Source of the DNA: Acidimicrobiia bacterium
GTDB lineage: Bacteria; Actinomycetota; Acidimicrobiia; IMCC26256; DASPTH01
Direction: 5' to 3'
DNA length: 64,000 nucleotides
Assembly: GCA_040880805.1 (NCBI GenBank)
Contig: JBBDHW010000027.1
Coordinates: 28,737-92,736 of the forward strand
The notes under the pieces were generated by a model that was not told the DNA's origin, made no database searches, and worked only from the letters and a program-made list of their open reading frames with translations. A program made the position numbers and the translations under genes. Below, piece after piece: positions 1 through 8,718 of the stretch; position 1 is the stretch's first letter, and each line of letters begins with the position of its first letter.

Positions 1-74
1 GCGCCGAGATCATCGCGGTACGAACCGGCCACCGGCCCGCGTCGCTCACCGACACCGCCGGGCCCATCCACTAG
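1..74 (+). CDS. 3' end of an unidentified CDS that runs off the left edge
   Basis: Frame 3 is open from the window edge to TAG at 72-74 (...AEIIAVRTGHRPASLTDTAGPIH*). It is too short to assign a family. Confidence 0.2.
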   Translation, partial: AEIIAVRTGHRPASLTDTAGPIH

Positions 75-90
75 AGAAGCAGGCGGAGAG

Positions 91-813
91 ATGGATCTGG
101 GTATCTCGGGCAAGCGCGCAGCTGTCGCGGCAGCATCGCAGGGACTCGGTCGCGGGACCGCCGCGGCGCTCGCGGCCGAGGGGGTGCAGGTCGTGATCTG
201 TAGCAGGTCGAAGGAGAAGATCGAGGCCGCCGCAGCGGGCATTCCCGGCGCGATACCGCTGGTCGTCGATGTGTCTACCGGCGAGGGCGGGGCGCGGTTC
301 GTGCGGGAGGCGCGCGACGCGCTCGGCGGCATCGACATCCTCGTGGCCAACGGAGGCGGGCCGCCATTCGGCAACTTCGCGTCCACCGACCTCTCGCTCT
401 ACACGGCCGCGTTCGAGCAGAACTGCCTCGCGGTGATCGCGATGTGCAGGGAAGCGGTTCCGGCGATGCAGGCGCAAGGATGGGGCAGGGTGCTCGCGAT
501 CACGTCGGTGTCGGTTCGTCAGCCGATTCCGACCCTCATCCTGTCGAACACGGCGCGCGCCGGGGTGACCGGCTTTCTCAAGACGCTCGCACGCGAAGTG
601 GCGGCCGACGGCGTCACCGTGAACACCATCCAGCCGGGATCCCACGACACCGAACGGATCCGCGCGCTGCGTGGCAGCGCCGGTGGCGGAGATCGGATCG
701 GCGATCCCGACGACTTCGGGAAGATCGCGGCCTTCCTGTGTTCGGAACCGGCGAAGTTCCTCACCGGCGCCGGCGTCCACGTCGACGGCGGCGCCTACGC
801 GGGTCTGCAGTAG
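91..813 (+). CDS. Short-chain dehydrogenase/reductase (SDR, 3-oxoacyl-ACP reductase-like)
   Basis: 240 aa. N-terminal Rossmann motif 'AAVAAASQGLGRGTAAALAAEGVQVVICSR', typical SDR length, and a GGAG-type RBS (ggcggagag) before the ATG. Confidence 0.85.
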   Translation: MDLGISGKRAAVAAASQGLGRGTAAALAAEGVQVVICSRSKEKIEAAAAGIPGAIPLVVDVSTGEGGARFVREARDALGGIDILVANGGGPPFGNFASTDLSLYTAAFEQNCLAVIAMCREAVPAMQAQGWGRVLAITSVSVRQPIPTLILSNTARAGVTGFLKTLAREVAADGVTVNTIQPGSHDTERIRALRGSAGGGDRIGDPDDFGKIAAFLCSEPAKFLTGAGVHVDGGAYAGLQ

Positions 814-852
814 GGCCAGTAGTAGGGCCAGTAGTAGGGCCAGTAGTAGGGA
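811..852. repeat. 12-bp tandem repeat (TAGGGCCAGTAG) x3 plus a partial unit
   Basis: Read directly: tagggccagtag tagggccagtag tagggccagtag taggga. It begins at the SDR stop codon and lies in the 68-nt gap before the next gene. Confidence 0.9.
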
Positions 853-881
853 ACGCGCGAGCGCCTACGCTCTGGGGCGTG

Positions 882-1493
882 ATGGAGCGAGACCAACGCA
901 TCGTCACGATCCCCAACCTCATCTCGGCGGTGCGCCTCCTGTGTGCCCCGGTGTTCGTGTGGCTGCTCGCCGACGACCAGGAGATCGCCGCCGCCGCGGT
1001 GCTCGCGGTGCTCGGCGCGTCCGACTGGGTCGACGGCTGGATCGCCCGCCGCTTCGACCAGGGAAGCAACCTGGGCAAAGTCCTCGACCCGGTGGCCGAT
1101 CGCGTGCTGCTGCTCGTCGCCGCTGTCGCGCTGCTGGTCGACGGCAGCGTGCCGATCCTCGTGGGGCTGCTCGTGCTGATGCGGGAGGCCGTGATCAGCG
1201 TCGCGGTGGTCGTGTTGGCGATAGCGGGTGCGCGTCGCATCGACGTGCAGTGGGCCGGCAAGGCGGGCACGCTGGCCCTGATGTTCTCCCTCCCGCTGTA
1301 CCTGTTGGCCGACAACATCGACTCGGGCCACGACCTCGTGCTCGTCGCGGCGTGGTGCTTCGCCGTGAGCGGCTTGGTGTTGAGCTACTACGCCGCGATC
1401 ATGTACGTGCCGACCGCGCGGGAAGCGCTCCGTGCCGGGCGCCACGAGCGAGCGACGAGTGCGAGCGCGAGTGCGAGGAGCATGACGTCGTGA
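882..1493 (+). CDS. CDP-alcohol phosphatidyltransferase (PgsA/cardiolipin synthase-like)
   Basis: 'NLISAVRLLCAPVFVWLL...GASDWVDGWIARRFDQGSNLGKVLDPVADRVLL' matches the D-G-x2-A-R-x8-G-x3-D-x3-D signature. It is multi-TM. Start is ATG 882 (or GTG 879); the long upstream extension of the ORF was rejected. Confidence 0.85.
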   Translation: MERDQRIVTIPNLISAVRLLCAPVFVWLLADDQEIAAAAVLAVLGASDWVDGWIARRFDQGSNLGKVLDPVADRVLLLVAAVALLVDGSVPILVGLLVLMREAVISVAVVVLAIAGARRIDVQWAGKAGTLALMFSLPLYLLADNIDSGHDLVLVAAWCFAVSGLVLSYYAAIMYVPTAREALRAGRHERATSASASARSMTS

Positions 1494-3970
1494 AAGCAGT
1501 GATCCTGGCCGGCGGTGAGGGCACGCGGCTGCGCCCACTCACGAGCAACACCCCGAAGCCGATGATGCCGCTCGCCAACAAGCCGATGATGGAGCACATC
1601 GTGGCGCTCCTCGCGTTGCATGGCTTCGACGAGATCGTGGTGACGGTCGCGTTCCTCGCCAACCAGATCCGTGACTACTTCGGTGACGGCTCCGACTTCG
1701 GCGTGAGCATGCGCTACGCAACCGAGGACACGCCCCTCGGCACCGCCGGGTCGGTCCGAAACGCGTCCGCCGAGCTCGATGACACGTTCCTCGTCATCTC
1801 GGGCGACGTCCTCACCGATATCGACATCACCGCGTTCGTGAAGGCGCACCGCGACGCGAACGCGTCGGCGTCGATCGCGTTGAAGCACGTCGACGACCCG
1901 CTCGAGTTCGGCATCGTGATCACCAAGCCCGACGGCAGCATCGAACGCTTCCTCGAGAAGCCGTCGTGGGGAGAGGTGTTCTCCGACACGATCAACACCG
2001 GCATCTACGTGCTCGAGCCCGACGTCTTCGACTTCATCCCGCAAGACGAAGTGATCGACTTCTCCGGTGACGTGTTCCCGGCGCTGCTCGCGGCCGGACA
2101 CACGATGCACGGGCACATCATCGACGACTACTGGGAGGACGTCGGCACCCTCGACGCCTACATCCGCGCGCACACCGACGTCCTCGACGGTCATGTGAAG
2201 GTCGAGATCGCCGGGTTCCGCCTCGGCGACAATCAGTGGATCGGCAGCGACGTCGAGATCAGCCCGCAGTCTCGCATCGACGGGCCGGTCGTGATCGGCG
2301 ACAGCTGCCGCATCGAAGCGGGAGCTCACCTGCGCGAGTACACCGTGCTCGGCACCGACGTGATCGTGAAGGCCGACGCGTTCCTGGAGCGCGCGGTGTG
2401 CCACGACCACGTCTACGTCGGCCCCGGCACCAACCTGCGCGGCTGCGTGATCGGGCGCAACACCGATCTTCGGGCCCACGTCCGTGTGGAGGACGGCACC
2501 GTCATCGGCAACGAGTGTTTCGTCGGCCAAGACGCGGTGATCAACCCGAACGTCAAGATCTACCCGTTCAAGACGGTGGAGTCGGGCGCGATCGTCACGT
2601 CGTCGATCGTGTGGGAGAGCCGTGGCGCGCGCACGCTGTTCGGGCGCCGAGGTGTGCGTGGGCTCGCCAACGTCGACATCGGCCCCGAGGTAGTGGCGCG
2701 GCTCGCGATGGCCTACGGCACCGCTCTCCCGAAGGGTTCCACTATCAGTACGAGTCGCGACACCAGCCGGCTCGCGCGTGCGCTCAAGCGCGGGCTGATC
2801 AGTGGCCTCAACCTCTCCGGCATCAACGTGGAGGACATCGAGCTCGCGACCGTTCCGCTCACGCGCTTCCAGGTGCGCAACGGGACCTCCCAGGGTGGGA
2901 TCACGGTGCGGCTCGCCACCGGCGACCCCGACACCGTGGAGATGCGCTTCTTCGGCAGCGACGGCCGCGACATCGACCCGTCGATCCAGCGCAAGATCGA
3001 GCGACTGCTCAACCGCGAAGACTTCCGCCGGGCGTTCGGCGGCGACATCGGCGACATCGCGTTCCCACCGCGGTCGCTCGAGTTCTACACCGCGGCGCTC
3101 GAGCAGGTCGTCGACATCGACATGGTCCGCCGGCGCGGGTTCAAGATCGTGCTCGACTACTCGTTCGGCGCGGTGTCGATCGTGATGCCCAACCTCCTCA
3201 CCAAGCTCCGGGCGGAGGTGCTCGCGGTGAACCCGTTCGCGAGCACGCTGGCCGCGACCTCCGATTCCGGCGACACGAACGTGGTGCGGGTCGCGGAGCT
3301 GGTGAAGGCGTCGGGCAGCGATCTCGGGTTCGTGATCGATCCCGACGGTGAGCTCTCCACCGTCGTCGACGACACCGGTCACATCCTCGAGCCGGAGGAG
3401 CTGCTGCTCGCGATCTGCGCGTTGCTCGCCGAGGCGGTTCCCGACGCGCGGGTTGCGGTCCCGGTGAACGTCACCGGCGCGGTCGAGGAGTTGCTCGGCG
3501 CCGACGCCGTCGTCCGCACGAAGCTCGCGAGCGCGAACCTCATGGAGGTGGCCGCAGGCGGGAACGTGATCTTCGCGGGTGCGTCCGACGGCGGCTGCAT
3601 CTGGCCCGACTTCCTCCCGGCGTACGACGCCGCCGCCACGTTGGTGAAGCTCCTCGACCTGCTCGCAACGGTCGACCGGCCGCTCTCCACAGTGTGCGCG
3701 GGCCTCCCGCCGGTGTACGTCGCGCACGAGACGATCGTCACGCCGTGGGAGCGCAAGGGCACCGTCATGCGCGAGATCGTCGAACTGGTGAGCTCACGCA
3801 AGGTCGAGCTGGTCGACGGGGTCAAGGTCTGGGACGTTGGCCGGTGGGCACTCGTGCTGCCCGACCCGGAGGACGCGCTCACACACGTCTGGGCGGAAGC
3901 GGGGAGCACCGCCGATGCGCGGCGCCTCGCGCAGGAGTACGTGCAGCGCATCCGCCAGGTCCTGCGCTGA
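1490..3970 (+). CDS. Sugar-phosphate nucleotidyltransferase fused to a left-handed beta-helix and a phosphomannomutase/phosphoglucomutase-like C-terminal region
   Basis: The GTG at 1490 overlaps the upstream stop (GTGA). The N-terminus 'KAVILAGGEGTRLRPLTSNTPKPMMPL' is the NTP-transferase G-loop. The middle has hexapeptide-repeat character. The C-terminal half resembles PGM/PMM domains I-IV but lacks a recognisable TASHNP phosphoserine loop. Confidence 0.8.
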   Translation: MKAVILAGGEGTRLRPLTSNTPKPMMPLANKPMMEHIVALLALHGFDEIVVTVAFLANQIRDYFGDGSDFGVSMRYATEDTPLGTAGSVRNASAELDDTFLVISGDVLTDIDITAFVKAHRDANASASIALKHVDDPLEFGIVITKPDGSIERFLEKPSWGEVFSDTINTGIYVLEPDVFDFIPQDEVIDFSGDVFPALLAAGHTMHGHIIDDYWEDVGTLDAYIRAHTDVLDGHVKVEIAGFRLGDNQWIGSDVEISPQSRIDGPVVIGDSCRIEAGAHLREYTVLGTDVIVKADAFLERAVCHDHVYVGPGTNLRGCVIGRNTDLRAHVRVEDGTVIGNECFVGQDAVINPNVKIYPFKTVESGAIVTSSIVWESRGARTLFGRRGVRGLANVDIGPEVVARLAMAYGTALPKGSTISTSRDTSRLARALKRGLISGLNLSGINVEDIELATVPLTRFQVRNGTSQGGITVRLATGDPDTVEMRFFGSDGRDIDPSIQRKIERLLNREDFRRAFGGDIGDIAFPPRSLEFYTAALEQVVDIDMVRRRGFKIVLDYSFGAVSIVMPNLLTKLRAEVLAVNPFASTLAATSDSGDTNVVRVAELVKASGSDLGFVIDPDGELSTVVDDTGHILEPEELLLAICALLAEAVPDARVAVPVNVTGAVEELLGADAVVRTKLASANLMEVAAGGNVIFAGASDGGCIWPDFLPAYDAAATLVKLLDLLATVDRPLSTVCAGLPPVYVAHETIVTPWERKGTVMREIVELVSSRKVELVDGVKVWDVGRWALVLPDPEDALTHVWAEAGSTADARRLAQEYVQRIRQVLR

Positions 3971-4003
3971 CGCTCGCTCGCGCGGAAGAATTAGTCTGCG
4001 CCC

Positions 4004-4387
4004 ATGCATTTTCCCGACGACCTCCGGTACAGCACCGAGCACGAGTGGGTGTCGGTCGACGGCGTGCGTGCCCGCATCGGCATCACCGACTACGCGCAGG
4101 ACGCGCTCGGCGACGTCGTCTACGTCGACCTGCCCGCCATCGGTCTCGCAGTGGTCGCGGGGTCCACGTGCGCCGAGGTCGAATCGACGAAGTCGGTGTC
4201 GGAGATCTACTCGCCGCTCACGGGGGTCGTCGTCGAGGCCAACCAGACACTCGTCGACGCGCCCGAGCACATCAATCAGGAGCCGTACGGAACCGGGTGG
4301 ATCTTCGCGGTCGAGATCGCCGACGCAGCCGAGCTCGACGGCCTCCTCGACGCGGCTGCGTACCGCCGGCTCGTCGAGGAGGAGTAG
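4004..4387 (+). CDS. gcvH: Glycine cleavage system H protein
   Basis: 127 aa. 'RYSTEHEWV...GITDYAQDALGDVVYVDLP...VESTKSVSEIYSPLTG' includes the lipoyl-lysine motif (E-S-T-K). Confidence 0.95.
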   Translation: MHFPDDLRYSTEHEWVSVDGVRARIGITDYAQDALGDVVYVDLPAIGLAVVAGSTCAEVESTKSVSEIYSPLTGVVVEANQTLVDAPEHINQEPYGTGWIFAVEIADAAELDGLLDAAAYRRLVEEE

Positions 4388-4446
4388 CGATTCCGCGCTG
4401 GCGCCTCCTCGACCGGCTCGCTGCCTCCGTCGGCGCGGAGGAACAG

Positions 4447-5103
4447 ATGGCCTTGGATATGGCGCTCCTGGCGAGTGTTGCCGGGGGTGCGCGCCCGGCG
4501 TTGCGCCTGTACACGTGGGCGCGGCCCGCGTTGTCGCTGGGACGATTTCAGTCCGACGACGAGGTCGACCGCAACGCGTGCGAACAACTCGGCGTGGAGG
4601 TGGTGCGTCGGCCCACCGGCGGTAAGGCACTGCTGCACGGCGCCGATCTCACGTACGCGGTGGCGATCCCGCGGCCCGAGGGCGCAGCGGGGAAGGTCGA
4701 CGCCGTCTACTGCTCGCTCGCGAGCGCGCTGGTCGCCGGGCTCGCGCGGCTCGGCGTGGAGTCGGCGATCGCTCGCCATGCCGGCGGTGCGGGCAAGGGG
4801 CCGGTGTGCTTCACGACGATGCAGGGCGCCGACCTGCGGGTGGGGGCGCGGAAACTGTGTGGTTCGGCGCAGGTCCGCCGCGGCGGGGCCGTCCTCCAGC
4901 ACGGGTCGATCCTCCTCGACCGCCTCCCCTTCGACGAGACCAGCTTGTTACGCAGCCGGAGCGGGGAGACGGTCCCGGACCGCGGCGATTTGCGCCGGGT
5001 CACGGTGACGGTGCGTGAGCTCGGTGCACCGCACGATCCTCAGGCTGTGGGTGCGGCGCTGGTGGAGGGGTTCCGTGAGACCCTCGACGTCGAGTTCACC
5101 TGA
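4447..5103 (+). CDS. Lipoate-protein ligase family protein (LplA/LipB-type BPL catalytic domain)
   Basis: 'LRLYTWARPALSLGRFQ...VVRRPTGGKALLHG.DLTY...KLCGSAQVRRGGAVLQHGSILLD' includes the conserved catalytic Lys context. The start is uncertain: family members usually begin near 'RLLD', about 50 nt upstream, but I see no canonical start codon there. Confidence 0.75.
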   Translation: MALDMALLASVAGGARPALRLYTWARPALSLGRFQSDDEVDRNACEQLGVEVVRRPTGGKALLHGADLTYAVAIPRPEGAAGKVDAVYCSLASALVAGLARLGVESAIARHAGGAGKGPVCFTTMQGADLRVGARKLCGSAQVRRGGAVLQHGSILLDRLPFDETSLLRSRSGETVPDRGDLRRVTVTVRELGAPHDPQAVGAALVEGFRETLDVEFT

Positions 5104-5180
5104 CGGATCCAACCCTCGACCTCGGCTCCACGTGCAGGCCACACCACTGATCGGGGCGCGGTCGGGGTACCCTCTCGTGC

Positions 5181-5651
5181 ATGCGATGCCGCCGGTGCGG
5201 CCACGACAACGAGGCAGGCGCGAATTTCTGCTCCTCGTGCGGGCAGCCGTTGCCCCGTGAGGAGGAGACCACGCTCAGCCTCACGGAGCTTGCCGAGCGC
5301 CTCGAGCTCGACGAGGAGATGGGCGTTGCGCTGTCCGAGCTCCCCGACGGAATGGGCATGCTCGTCGTCCGCCGCGGGCCGAACGCCGGGAGCCGATTCG
5401 TCCTCGACGCCGATCTCACCGCCCTCGGCCGTCACCCGGAGTCCGACATCTTCCTCGACGACATCACGGTGTCGCGCCGCCACGCCACCATCCAGCGCGT
5501 CGCCGTCGGATACGAGGTGAGTGACGCGGGTTCCTTGAACGGCACCTACGTCGACCATCACCGGGTCGACACAGCGCCGCTGCATCACCTCGCCGACCTC
5601 CAGATCGGCCGGTTCGTGCTCGTGTTCCTCGTGGGAGGTCAGCCCGCGTGA
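5181..5651 (+). CDS. FHA-domain protein with an N-terminal zinc ribbon (GarA/OdhI-like position)
   Basis: 'CRRCGHDNEAGANFCSSCG' is a zinc ribbon. 'RFVLDADLTALGRHPESDIFLDDITVSRRHATIQ...SLNGTYVD' is an FHA core. It sits in the gcvH-garA synteny of actinobacteria. Confidence 0.85.
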   Translation: MRCRRCGHDNEAGANFCSSCGQPLPREEETTLSLTELAERLELDEEMGVALSELPDGMGMLVVRRGPNAGSRFVLDADLTALGRHPESDIFLDDITVSRRHATIQRVAVGYEVSDAGSLNGTYVDHHRVDTAPLHHLADLQIGRFVLVFLVGGQPA

Positions 5652-6508
5652 GCAGCGATGCAACCAGCGGGAGCCACCTGTCGATCGGTGAGGTGCTCGC
5701 CGAGCTGCGCGACGAGTTCCCCGACATCACGATCTCGAAGATCCGCTTCCTCGAGAGCCAGGGGCTCATCGATCCCGAACGCACGCCGTCGGGGTACCGG
5801 AAGTTCTACCACCAGGACCTCGCGCGCCTCCGCTGGATCCTCCAGCAGCAGAAGGAGCACTTCCTCCCGCTCAAGGTGATCAAGGAGCGTCTCGACCAGC
5901 TCGGCCCGGGAGACGAGCTGCCCTTCGCACCTCCTGCCGCTGATCCAAGTGGTGTGGGGGAGACGGCCGCGACCGTGTCCACCGGGATACAGGAACCAGC
6001 CCGGTCGGTAGCGCCATCCGCGCCGACCCGCGCACCGCTTCGCCCGGCGGCCCGCACGAGGCCACCTGCGTTCGTGCCCACCCTGCCGATCGACGACGGC
6101 GACGACGACCTCGGCTCGTCCGGAGACGAGCACTACTCGCGCGGAGAGCTCGCCGGCGCCGCCGGTCTCGAAGCCGGGCAGGTGGAGCAGCTCGAAAGCT
6201 TCGCCTTGATCACGCCCGCGCTCGAGATCGGGGGCGAGCCGCGCTACGACGCAGAGGCACTCGAGGTCGCGCGCGCCGCCGCCGGCTTTTTCGCCCGAGG
6301 TGTGGAAGCCCGGCACTTGCGCATGTACCGCACGTTCGCCGAACGGGAGGCGGTGCTCTTCGGGCAGGTGTTGCTGCCGTTCGTGCGCCAGCGCAATCCC
6401 GAGGCGAGGGCCCGGCTCCAAGACGAGCTCGTCGAGCTCTCCGTGCTCGGCCGTCGTCTGCGTACCGCGCTGCTGCGCGAGGCTGTTCGCGACTCGCTCA
6501 GCGAGTGA
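5648..6508 (+). CDS. MerR-family transcriptional regulator (Rv1828-like)
   Basis: 'LSIGEVLAELRDEFPDITISKIRFLESQGLIDPERTPSGYRKFYHQDLARLRWIL' is a MerR HTH. The GTG start overlaps the FHA gene stop (GTGA). Confidence 0.85.
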   Translation: MSSDATSGSHLSIGEVLAELRDEFPDITISKIRFLESQGLIDPERTPSGYRKFYHQDLARLRWILQQQKEHFLPLKVIKERLDQLGPGDELPFAPPAADPSGVGETAATVSTGIQEPARSVAPSAPTRAPLRPAARTRPPAFVPTLPIDDGDDDLGSSGDEHYSRGELAGAAGLEAGQVEQLESFALITPALEIGGEPRYDAEALEVARAAAGFFARGVEARHLRMYRTFAEREAVLFGQVLLPFVRQRNPEARARLQDELVELSVLGRRLRTALLREAVRDSLSE

Positions 6509-7065
6509 CTGTCCCGACCACGTTGCTCGACGAAACCGCGATCCAGGAGTGCGTGGCCCGTGTCGCCGCGGAGATCGCTGCCGATCATCCCGACGGTGTG
6601 ATCCTCGTCGGGGTGCTCAAAGGGGCGCTCATCTTCCTCGCCGACCTGGCACGCGCGCTGTCCGGCGTCGACGTCGCCGTCGACTTCATCGCGATCTCCC
6701 GCTACGCCCCCGATTCGGGGCGCGTGCGCATCCTCCACGACGTCGGGCTCGACCTCACGGGTCGTGACGTGGTGCTCGTCGAGGATCTCGTCGACACCGG
6801 GCTCACGATCGCGTACCTCCTCGACCATCTCCGTGCCCGCGGGCCGCGTGAGCTCGACGTGTGTGCGCTGCTCGACCGTTCCGCGCGGCGCATCGTGCCG
6901 CTGCCCGTGCGCTACGTCGGCATGGTGATTCCCGACGTCTTCGTGCTCGGCTACGGCTTGCACCTCGCCGACTTGTACCGGAACGTTCCGAGGGTGGTGG
7001 AAGCCGACCGCCACATCGTCCAGCACGAACCCGGCGCCTACGTGGGCGCCCTCTACGGGCCCTGA
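6505..7065 (+). CDS. hpt: Hypoxanthine phosphoribosyltransferase
   Basis: 'ILVGVLKGALIFLADLARAL...DFIAISRY...VVLVEDLVDTGLTIAYL' is the PRPP-binding motif. GTGA overlap with the upstream gene. Confidence 0.9.
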   Translation: MTVPTTLLDETAIQECVARVAAEIAADHPDGVILVGVLKGALIFLADLARALSGVDVAVDFIAISRYAPDSGRVRILHDVGLDLTGRDVVLVEDLVDTGLTIAYLLDHLRARGPRELDVCALLDRSARRIVPLPVRYVGMVIPDVFVLGYGLHLADLYRNVPRVVEADRHIVQHEPGAYVGALYGP

Positions 7066-7124
7066 CGGGTTGCACGGGTCAGGGCCTGAGGTCGCGGGGG
7101 AGGGGAAAGGAGGCCGGTGCTACT

Positions 7125-7643
7125 GTGACCGCGGACGATCCGGAGGCGCCCGTGATCCCGATGTCCCTGGTAGGTGTTCGAGTGGAGGTTCCCTCGAACC
7201 AGCCGATCGTGTTGCTGCGCGAGCACGAAGGCCAGCGCTACCTACCGATCTACATCGGTCCGCCGGAGGCAACGGCGATCGTCTACGCGCTCCAGGGCAT
7301 GGAGACGCCCCGGCCCATGACCCACGACCTCTTCAAGACCGTGCTCGACGACCTCGGCGCCAAGCTGGTCCAGGTCGTCATCACGGAGCTGCACGACGGC
7401 ACCTTCTACGCCGAGATCGAGATCTCGCGGGCCGAGGGCTCCACCCGGCTGTCCTCCCGCCCCTCCGACGCCATCGCCCTGGCTGTCCGCTATCCCGAGC
7501 CAGTGCCGATCTTCGCCAAGGAAGAGGTGCTGGAGGAGGCAGGTGTGCTCTTCGAGCAGGACGACGACGAGCAGTTGATCGAGCAATTCACCGAGTTCCT
7601 CGACCAGGTCCGCCCCGAAGACTTCGCCCACGGCACCGAGTAG
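7125..7643 (+). CDS. Bifunctional nuclease family protein (BFN/DUF151, Rv1829-like)
   Basis: 'VGVRVEVPSNQPIVLLRE..GQRYLPIYIGPPEATAIVYALQGMETPRPMTHDLF...ELHDGTFYAEI'. GTG start at 7125 with RBS ggaaaggagg about 12 nt upstream; the longer ORF start at 6861 was rejected. Confidence 0.8.
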   Translation: MTADDPEAPVIPMSLVGVRVEVPSNQPIVLLREHEGQRYLPIYIGPPEATAIVYALQGMETPRPMTHDLFKTVLDDLGAKLVQVVITELHDGTFYAEIEISRAEGSTRLSSRPSDAIALAVRYPEPVPIFAKEEVLEEAGVLFEQDDDEQLIEQFTEFLDQVRPEDFAHGTE

Positions 7644-7671
7644 TCCACCCCGTTTCGGGTAGCCGCGTTCG

Positions 7672-7700
7672 TTGACGGGCCTCGCCGATGCGGCTAACCT
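7672..7700 (+). promoter_or_regulatory. Candidate sigma-A-type promoter for the downstream MerR gene
   Basis: TTGACG (7672-7677), a 17-nt spacer, then TAACCT (7695-7700). This fits TTGACA/TANNNT and lies 70 nt upstream of ATG 7771 in a 127-nt gap. Confidence 0.4.
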
Positions 7701-7770
7701 GACACTCCCGTAACTACGACCGTGTACTTCAGGGTCATCCCCCCTCGAGTACCGCTGGAGTGTCGTCACG

Positions 7771-8262
7771 ATGCAGCAGAGGCTCGACGGTTTCGACGGT
7801 TCGGAAATCGACGCTTCGGAAGCGGTGCCGGTCAACTCGGGATTCCGCGGCCCGCAGGTGTGCGCGATCGTCGGCATCACGTACCGGCAACTCGACTACT
7901 GGGCGCGCACTGATCTCGTGCGGCCGTCGATCGCCGACGCGCGGGGGAGCGGCACGCAACGCGCGTACTCCTATCGCGACCTCGTGCGGTTGAAGGTCGT
8001 GAAGAACCTCCTCGACGCGGGCGTGAAGCTCCAGGCCGCGCGCAGAGCGATCGAGTATCTCCGCGAAGACCTCGGTGACAGCTGGGCCACCGCGAGCCTC
8101 GTGCTCGACGGCGCCGGCTCCGTGCTCGCGCGCACCGACGACGCGTTGATCGACCTCGTGCGCCGCGGCCAGGGTGTGCTCAACATCGTGCCGCTCGGGC
8201 AAGTGGTACAGGAGCTCGACGCGCGCATCCACGAGCTCATGCCGACCGGCACCGGAGGCTGA
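7771..8262 (+). CDS. MerR-family transcriptional regulator (Rv1830-like)
   Basis: 'VCAIVGITYRQLDYWARTDLVRPS...RAYSYRDLVRLKVVKNLLDAGVKLQAARRAIEYL' is a MerR HTH. Confidence 0.85.
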   Translation: MQQRLDGFDGSEIDASEAVPVNSGFRGPQVCAIVGITYRQLDYWARTDLVRPSIADARGSGTQRAYSYRDLVRLKVVKNLLDAGVKLQAARRAIEYLREDLGDSWATASLVLDGAGSVLARTDDALIDLVRRGQGVLNIVPLGQVVQELDARIHELMPTGTGG

Positions 8263-8288
8263 CCATCTCGCAACTGCCTCACGAGCAG

Positions 8289-8717
8289 GTGCGCTTCGCG
8301 CACAACTCCGAACGGCAGTTCGCGAAGCTCCTCGACTTCTACGCGATCGAGTGGAGCTACGAGCCGCGTACGTTCGTGCTCGAATCAAATCGCGACGGCA
8401 ACCCGCAGCAGGCGTTCACTCCCGACTTCTACCTCCCCGCGTACGACCTCTATATCGAGATCACCACGCTCAACCAGAAGCTCGTCACGAAAAAGAACCG
8501 CAAGGCGCGCCGCGTACAGGAGCTCTACCCCGAAGTGCACGTGCGCGTGCTCTACCAGCGTGACTACCTGCACCTGCTCGTGAAGTACGGGCTCGAGCTG
8601 CCGTCGCAACTCGTGGAAGACGGTCTCGCGGGAACGGAACCGCAACCGCTCGATCTCGCTCCGCCGGCTCCGCACCCGAGCGGCGAATCACCGCAAGCCA
8701 CCGCCGAGTCTGCCTGA
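8289..8717 (+). CDS. Conserved hypothetical protein with a possible PD-(D/E)XK-like nuclease motif
   Basis: 142 aa with a GTG start and coding-like composition. 'TPDFYLPAYDLYIEITTLNQK' resembles a D...E-x-K nuclease core, but this is only by eye. It ends 1 nt before gcvT. Confidence 0.45.
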   Translation: MRFAHNSERQFAKLLDFYAIEWSYEPRTFVLESNRDGNPQQAFTPDFYLPAYDLYIEITTLNQKLVTKKNRKARRVQELYPEVHVRVLYQRDYLHLLVKYGLELPSQLVEDGLAGTEPQPLDLAPPAPHPSGESPQATAESA

Positions 8718-8718
8718 G

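Noticed and set aside
671-1489. N-terminal 273 codons of the 1099-aa ORF preceding the nucleotidyltransferase domain
   Set aside because: This stretch overlaps the SDR and phosphatidyltransferase genes in another frame and is Arg/Pro-rich. The family-typical N-terminus (KAVILAGGEGTRL) begins at GTG 1490, which is coupled to the upstream stop.
1388-3727. 779-aa minus-strand ORF. Similar very long ORFs occur antisense to real genes at 9559-11427 (-), 11983-13377 (-), 28595-30646 (-), 39818-41044 (+), 48905-50617 (+), 56466-57713 (-) and 58369-60786 (+).
   Set aside because: These are typical high-GC shadow ORFs. Their translations are Arg/Gly/Ala/Pro-rich and low in complexity with no family motifs. 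Each lies opposite a gene with strong, recognisable homology.
3971-4003. Glycine riboswitch upstream of gcvH; also looked for before gcvT at 8718
   Set aside because: The gaps are only 33 nt and 1 nt, and I found no GGAGAG...ACCGAAGGGGCAA-type conserved cores.
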